Shown: positions 59,956 to 64,000 of the stretch, one piece after another
How positions within the stretch are numbered: position 1 is the stretch's first letter
Layout: every line of letters begins with the position of its first letter
Assembly (NCBI GenBank): GCA_038087875.1
Contig: JAXLNO010000600.1
Span: 124,001 to 188,000 of the forward strand
Direction: 5' to 3'
DNA length: 64,000 bases
From: Malacoraja senta
Taxonomy: Eukaryota
The notes under the pieces: generated by a model
Seen by the model: the letters and a program-made list of their open reading frames with translations, nothing else
Databases searched by the model: none
What the model was told of the DNA's origin: nothing
Made by a program: the position numbers and the translations under genes

Positions 59956-60720
59956 GAAGCAATGTCTGGAAATGATTGAGTGATTCCGCGTAGAGAGAGA
60001 GAGGATTTTTTTTAAACAAGCCCCAATTTTGTACGAGAGAGTGGCTCACAGCAGTTCCTTTGCTTTTTAATTTGTTCAATGTGGGCAGAATCTTGCCAGG
60101 TGAGCCAGCAACTGAAGCTCAAACTCAATCCAAATATTTTCCCTTGACAAGGCGTTGAAGATGGGTCTCGACCCGAAACGTCACCTATTCCTTTCCTCCA
60201 GAGATGCTGCCCAAGCCTGACCCGCTGAGTTACTCCAACTTCTTTGTGTTCGTCTAAGGCAAGATGGACAAGATGGGAGAGTCCGTGGGCACAGACACAG
60301 AGGCATCAAATGCACTGAGAGACGCCAGTTGTTAACAAGGCCACATTGAGAAATTCCATGTACAGGAATCCTTGACTGGTTGTACATTTTTGACTGTATT
60401 ACATTTAAAATTGTATAGGTGTATAAAATGTCTGGGATTTTTATTTGTAATTATTATTTACCTTCACTGCTTTTTATTAGTTCTTTGTACTTATTGTAAA
60501 AGAAAGCCATGTTTATATTCGGTTTGTTACCAATAATCTTGTTTCTATGAAATCTGTATATTGATGGTACACATTCTTGTCTCACTGATTCAGCATGAGT
60601 CCAGTGGGTCTGGTTCACAGGGCATTTGCCTGTGGGTTGGTCTAAGTGCCAGGTTCGTGCTCTGAACTGGAACCGTTCTGGGTCAAAGAGTCCATGGTAT
60701 TCAGCACTTTGCAGAGCTTT

Positions 60721-60726
60721 AATAAA
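60721..60726 (+). terminator. Candidate polyadenylation signal of MAP3K2
   Basis: AATAAA at the end of a non-repetitive AT-rich block (about 60360-60750), followed by a T-rich tract. Confidence 0.4.
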
Positions 60727-60756
60727 ACTATTTATTTCACAATCTCTCGTCTTTGT

Positions 60757-63700
60757 CTTTATTTATTTATTTATTTATTTTTATTAGAAGCAAACATTAT
60801 AAAGTATAGTTACATCTTATAGTAAAAAAAACCTTTTCATATACATCAATCATACATTATTAAAATTTTCAATTGTCGATTAATTCTGCTTCTAGTGGGG
60901 TTTTTTATAGATAGAAAGAGAGAGAAAGAGAGAAAAAAGAATTACAAATATCAAAAAAGAGAAAAGGTGAAATGAATTACTTATAATATGTCATTGGAGA
61001 TAAGTTCGTAGATTATGAAGTATAATTTTTCATCTAATCCTGAGTTCAAGCTTCAGTTGGGTTTTCGTGCTGGGCCAATCTATCCCTTCAAATAGTTAAT
61101 GAATGGAGCCCATATTTTAACAAAAAGATCTTGTTTGTCCATTAAGACAAGTCTAATTCTTTCTAGATGTAGGGTCTCCGACATTTCCACAATCCACATT
61201 TTAATTGCGGGGGTTATAGGGCCTTTCCAAAATTTTAATATTAATTTTTTCCCGGTTATTATACTGTAGTCGAGGAAGTTTCTTTGGCTTGTTGTGAGTG
61301 TTAAACTTTGTTCTGATATCCCAAGTATTATTAATTTTGAGTCTGGATCCAATTTAGTATTAACAACTTCAGAAATTATTTCAAAAATATCAGTCCAGAA
61401 ATTTTTAATTTTTGTACAATTTGCAAAAGTATGTGTTAAATTGGCCTCTAGATGCAGACATTTATCACAAATAGGAGAAATATGTGGGAAGATTCTATTT
61501 AGTTTTATTTTGGAGTAATGTAATCTGTGTAAGACTTTAAATTGTATTAAAGCATGTCTGGCATTTACAATGATACAATTTATTTGTTGTCATTTGAACC
61601 TAAGTTCAAACGAAATTTGGTTTCTGCAGTCATACAAACATGTAAAAAGAACCAAGACACAACACAATTTACACAAACATCCATCACAGTGAATCTCCTC
61701 CTCACTGTGATGGAAGGCAAAGTCTTATCTCTCCCCTGCACTCCCCATTCTCCTCCCGATGTCAAAGTCAAAGCCCCCGGCGGGCGATGGTAAACATGTC
61801 CCGCGGCCATCAAAGCCGCGCCGGGCGATGCAAGGCCACGCTCCGGGTCTTGATGTTGGAGCCCCCGGTAGCGCTAGCAAGTCCCGCGGCCATTTAAACA
61901 GCGCCGGGCGATGTAAGACCCCGCTCCAGGTCATCTTCAACCCCGCAACTCGGGCGGGAGAAGTTGCCGTTGCGGGAGCCCCGAAAAGCGCTCACCCACC
62001 AGGGACCCGCGAGCTCCCGATGTCACCGTCCACCGGGCCGGCGGCTGGAGCCTCCGAATCTCCGGGGTCGGGCCGCAGCTGCGCGCCACCACAGCTCCTC
62101 CCGTTCCAAACTCGGCCAGCTCCGCGATGGTGAGTAAGTCCGCCGGCTCCGCGACTGGAGCCCCAGGTCGTTCCGTTGGAGGCCGCTCCACGGTGCTAGG
62201 CCCCAACGACAACGGAGACCCGATAGAGAAAGGTCTGGTCTCCTGTGCAGGGAAAAGATTTTAAAAGTTTACCCACCCTACCCCCCGCCCCCCGCCCCCC
62301 ACACATACCCAGTTAAAAAACCCACTATAAACGAAACTCAAACGAAACAAAAAAAATAAATAAGACAATTTAACGAGCATTGATGTATATGTTGTAAACT
62401 TTCGTCCCAAATATCTTTCGTTATAGGATGACCTAACTCATTTTCCCATGTGTATCTATATAGTTCCATCGGTGGTACCTCGTTGTTTAAGAGGGTATTA
62501 TAAATATAAGCTATTAATTTTTCAGTGTTAGGATGCTTATTCAAACATTCATCAAGAATTTCTGGTTCCCTAGTCCTATAAACTTGTGTATTAGATTTAA
62601 CATAATCTCTAATTTGTAGATATCTGAAGAAATTATTTGAGTGCAGTCCATGATTCTGTTGTAACTCTTGAAATGAAAGAAAGATACCTTTCCTATAAAG
62701 ATGTCCAATCTTTTTAATTCCATAATTTTTCCATTGTGTGAAACCTTTATCCAATATGGATGGCTTGAATAAAGGATTATTTACAATGGGAAGACATAGT
62801 GGTATATTATTCAATTTTAAAGCTTTTTTTAATTGTTTCCAAATTCGTATTCCACTATGTATTATAGGGTTCTCCTTATAAGTTTTTTTATGCAGTTTTG
62901 TGGGAGCAAATATAATCGAACCCATTTCAAAAGGTAAACAGTCTTCCTTTTCCATCCTTAACCTATCTGGTTGTTGATCCATTTTTTCCAGCCAGAAATT
63001 CATGTTTTTAATATGGACTGCCCAGAAATAAAATAAGAAATTTGGCAAAGCCAAACCTCCATTGCTCTTTGACTTACATAAATGTTTTTTAGTTATTCTA
63101 TGATTCTTGTAATCCCAAATAAAGCTTGTAACAATGGAATCGACTTTTTTGGAAAAAAAAATTGGGATATATATCGGAATTAATTGAAATAGGTACAGTA
63201 GTTGCGGTAAGAAGATCATTTTTATAGCATTAATTCTACCAAGCATTGAAATGGGAAGTATTTTCCAGTGCTGAATATTCTTGTGTAATTTATTCAGTAA
63301 GGGAGGTAATTTTAGTTTAAATAAAGAGGTTTGTCTTAGTTACGTAGATTCCTAAATATTTAAGTTTATCTTTAACTATTTTAAAAGGGGATTGTTGTAA
63401 TGTATGTAAATTGAATTTTGTTATTGGCATGATTTTGCTTTTATTCCAGTTAATTCTATATCCTGAAAACTGACCAAATTGAATTATTAGATTTAATAGA
63501 TTTGGAATACTAGTTTCTAACTTTGTAATATATATTAGTACATCATCTGCATATAAAGACATTTTATTCCTTGTGTCTCTAGTGTTGTACCTGTGTATTC
63601 CTGGATGGGTTCTAACGCTTTCTGCTAATGGTTCAATTGCAAGAGCAAATAATAGTGGGGATAGTGAACATCCTTGTCTGCAAGCCTTTGTTTTTCTTAA
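60757..63700 (-). mobile_element. L1-clade LINE, ORF2 RT to C-terminus, 3' UTR and (AAAT)n tail; 5'-truncated and disrupted
   Basis: RQGCSLSPLLFALAIEPLA, SLYADD, GRINAIKMIFLPQLLYLFQ, GGLALPN; related 3' tails at about 7643-8040 and 15362-15500. Confidence 0.9.
61568..62367 (-). mobile_element. 800-bp GC-rich non-coding retroposon inserted in L1 ORF2
   Basis: ATTTA at 61563-61567 and 62368-62372; removing it restores the L1 reading ...QCSLNARHAL... Confidence 0.7.
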
Positions 63701-63776
63701 CGGCACATGCACCGAGGTACAGTGAAATTCATTTTTGTGCACAGTTCACTATACAAAAGCACTGAGATAAATCTTA

Positions 63777-64000
63777 GGTAGACAAAAATGCTGGAGAAAC
63801 TCAGCGGGTGAGGCAGCATCTATGGAGCGAAGGAATAGGTGATGTTTTGGGTCGTGACCCTTCTTCAAACTGGTCTGAAGAAGGGTCTCGAACAGAAATG
63901 TCACCTATTCCTTCGCTCCAAAGATGCTGCCTCAACCGCTGAGTTTCTCCAGCATTTTTGTCTACCTTCGATTTTTCCAGTATCTGCAGTTCTTTCTTAA
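63777..64000. repeat. Back-to-back inverted pair of the Penelope-associated short repeat
   Basis: aggtagacaaaaatgctggagaaactcagcgg... mirrored by ...ccgctgagtttctccagcatttttgtctacct. Confidence 0.88.

Overview
Eukaryotic, repeat-saturated genomic DNA. The repeat complement (CR1/HER1-type LINEs, tRNA-derived V-SINEs, Penelope-like fragments) points to a cartilaginous fish, probably a skate or ray (inference). One host gene spans the window on the + strand: MAP3K2 (MEKK2; PB1 domain plus STE11-type kinase). I traced 15 coding exons by hand from ATG 7603 to TAG 53519, all with AG/GT boundaries. One expected exon is absent and probably lies in the 200-N gap (24855-25054). Almost everything else is transposon-derived: CR1, L1, Rex1/Babar, RTE, Hero-like and Penelope-like retroelement pieces, SINEs, a Tc1 fragment, Harbinger-type MITEs and two non-autonomous DNA elements with unusual target duplications. 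The most notable non-coding signals are about 15 or more minimal hammerhead-ribozyme-like motifs in a Penelope-associated short repeat (with a tandem 66-bp derivative), a 2.1-kb composite element with a 6-bp TSD and an internal 47-bp perfect hairpin, and an interleaved pairing pattern in a Hero-like 3' UTR. I cannot claim a wholly new system. Repeat boundaries are approximate unless a TSD is given, and family names come from recalled motifs, not database searches.
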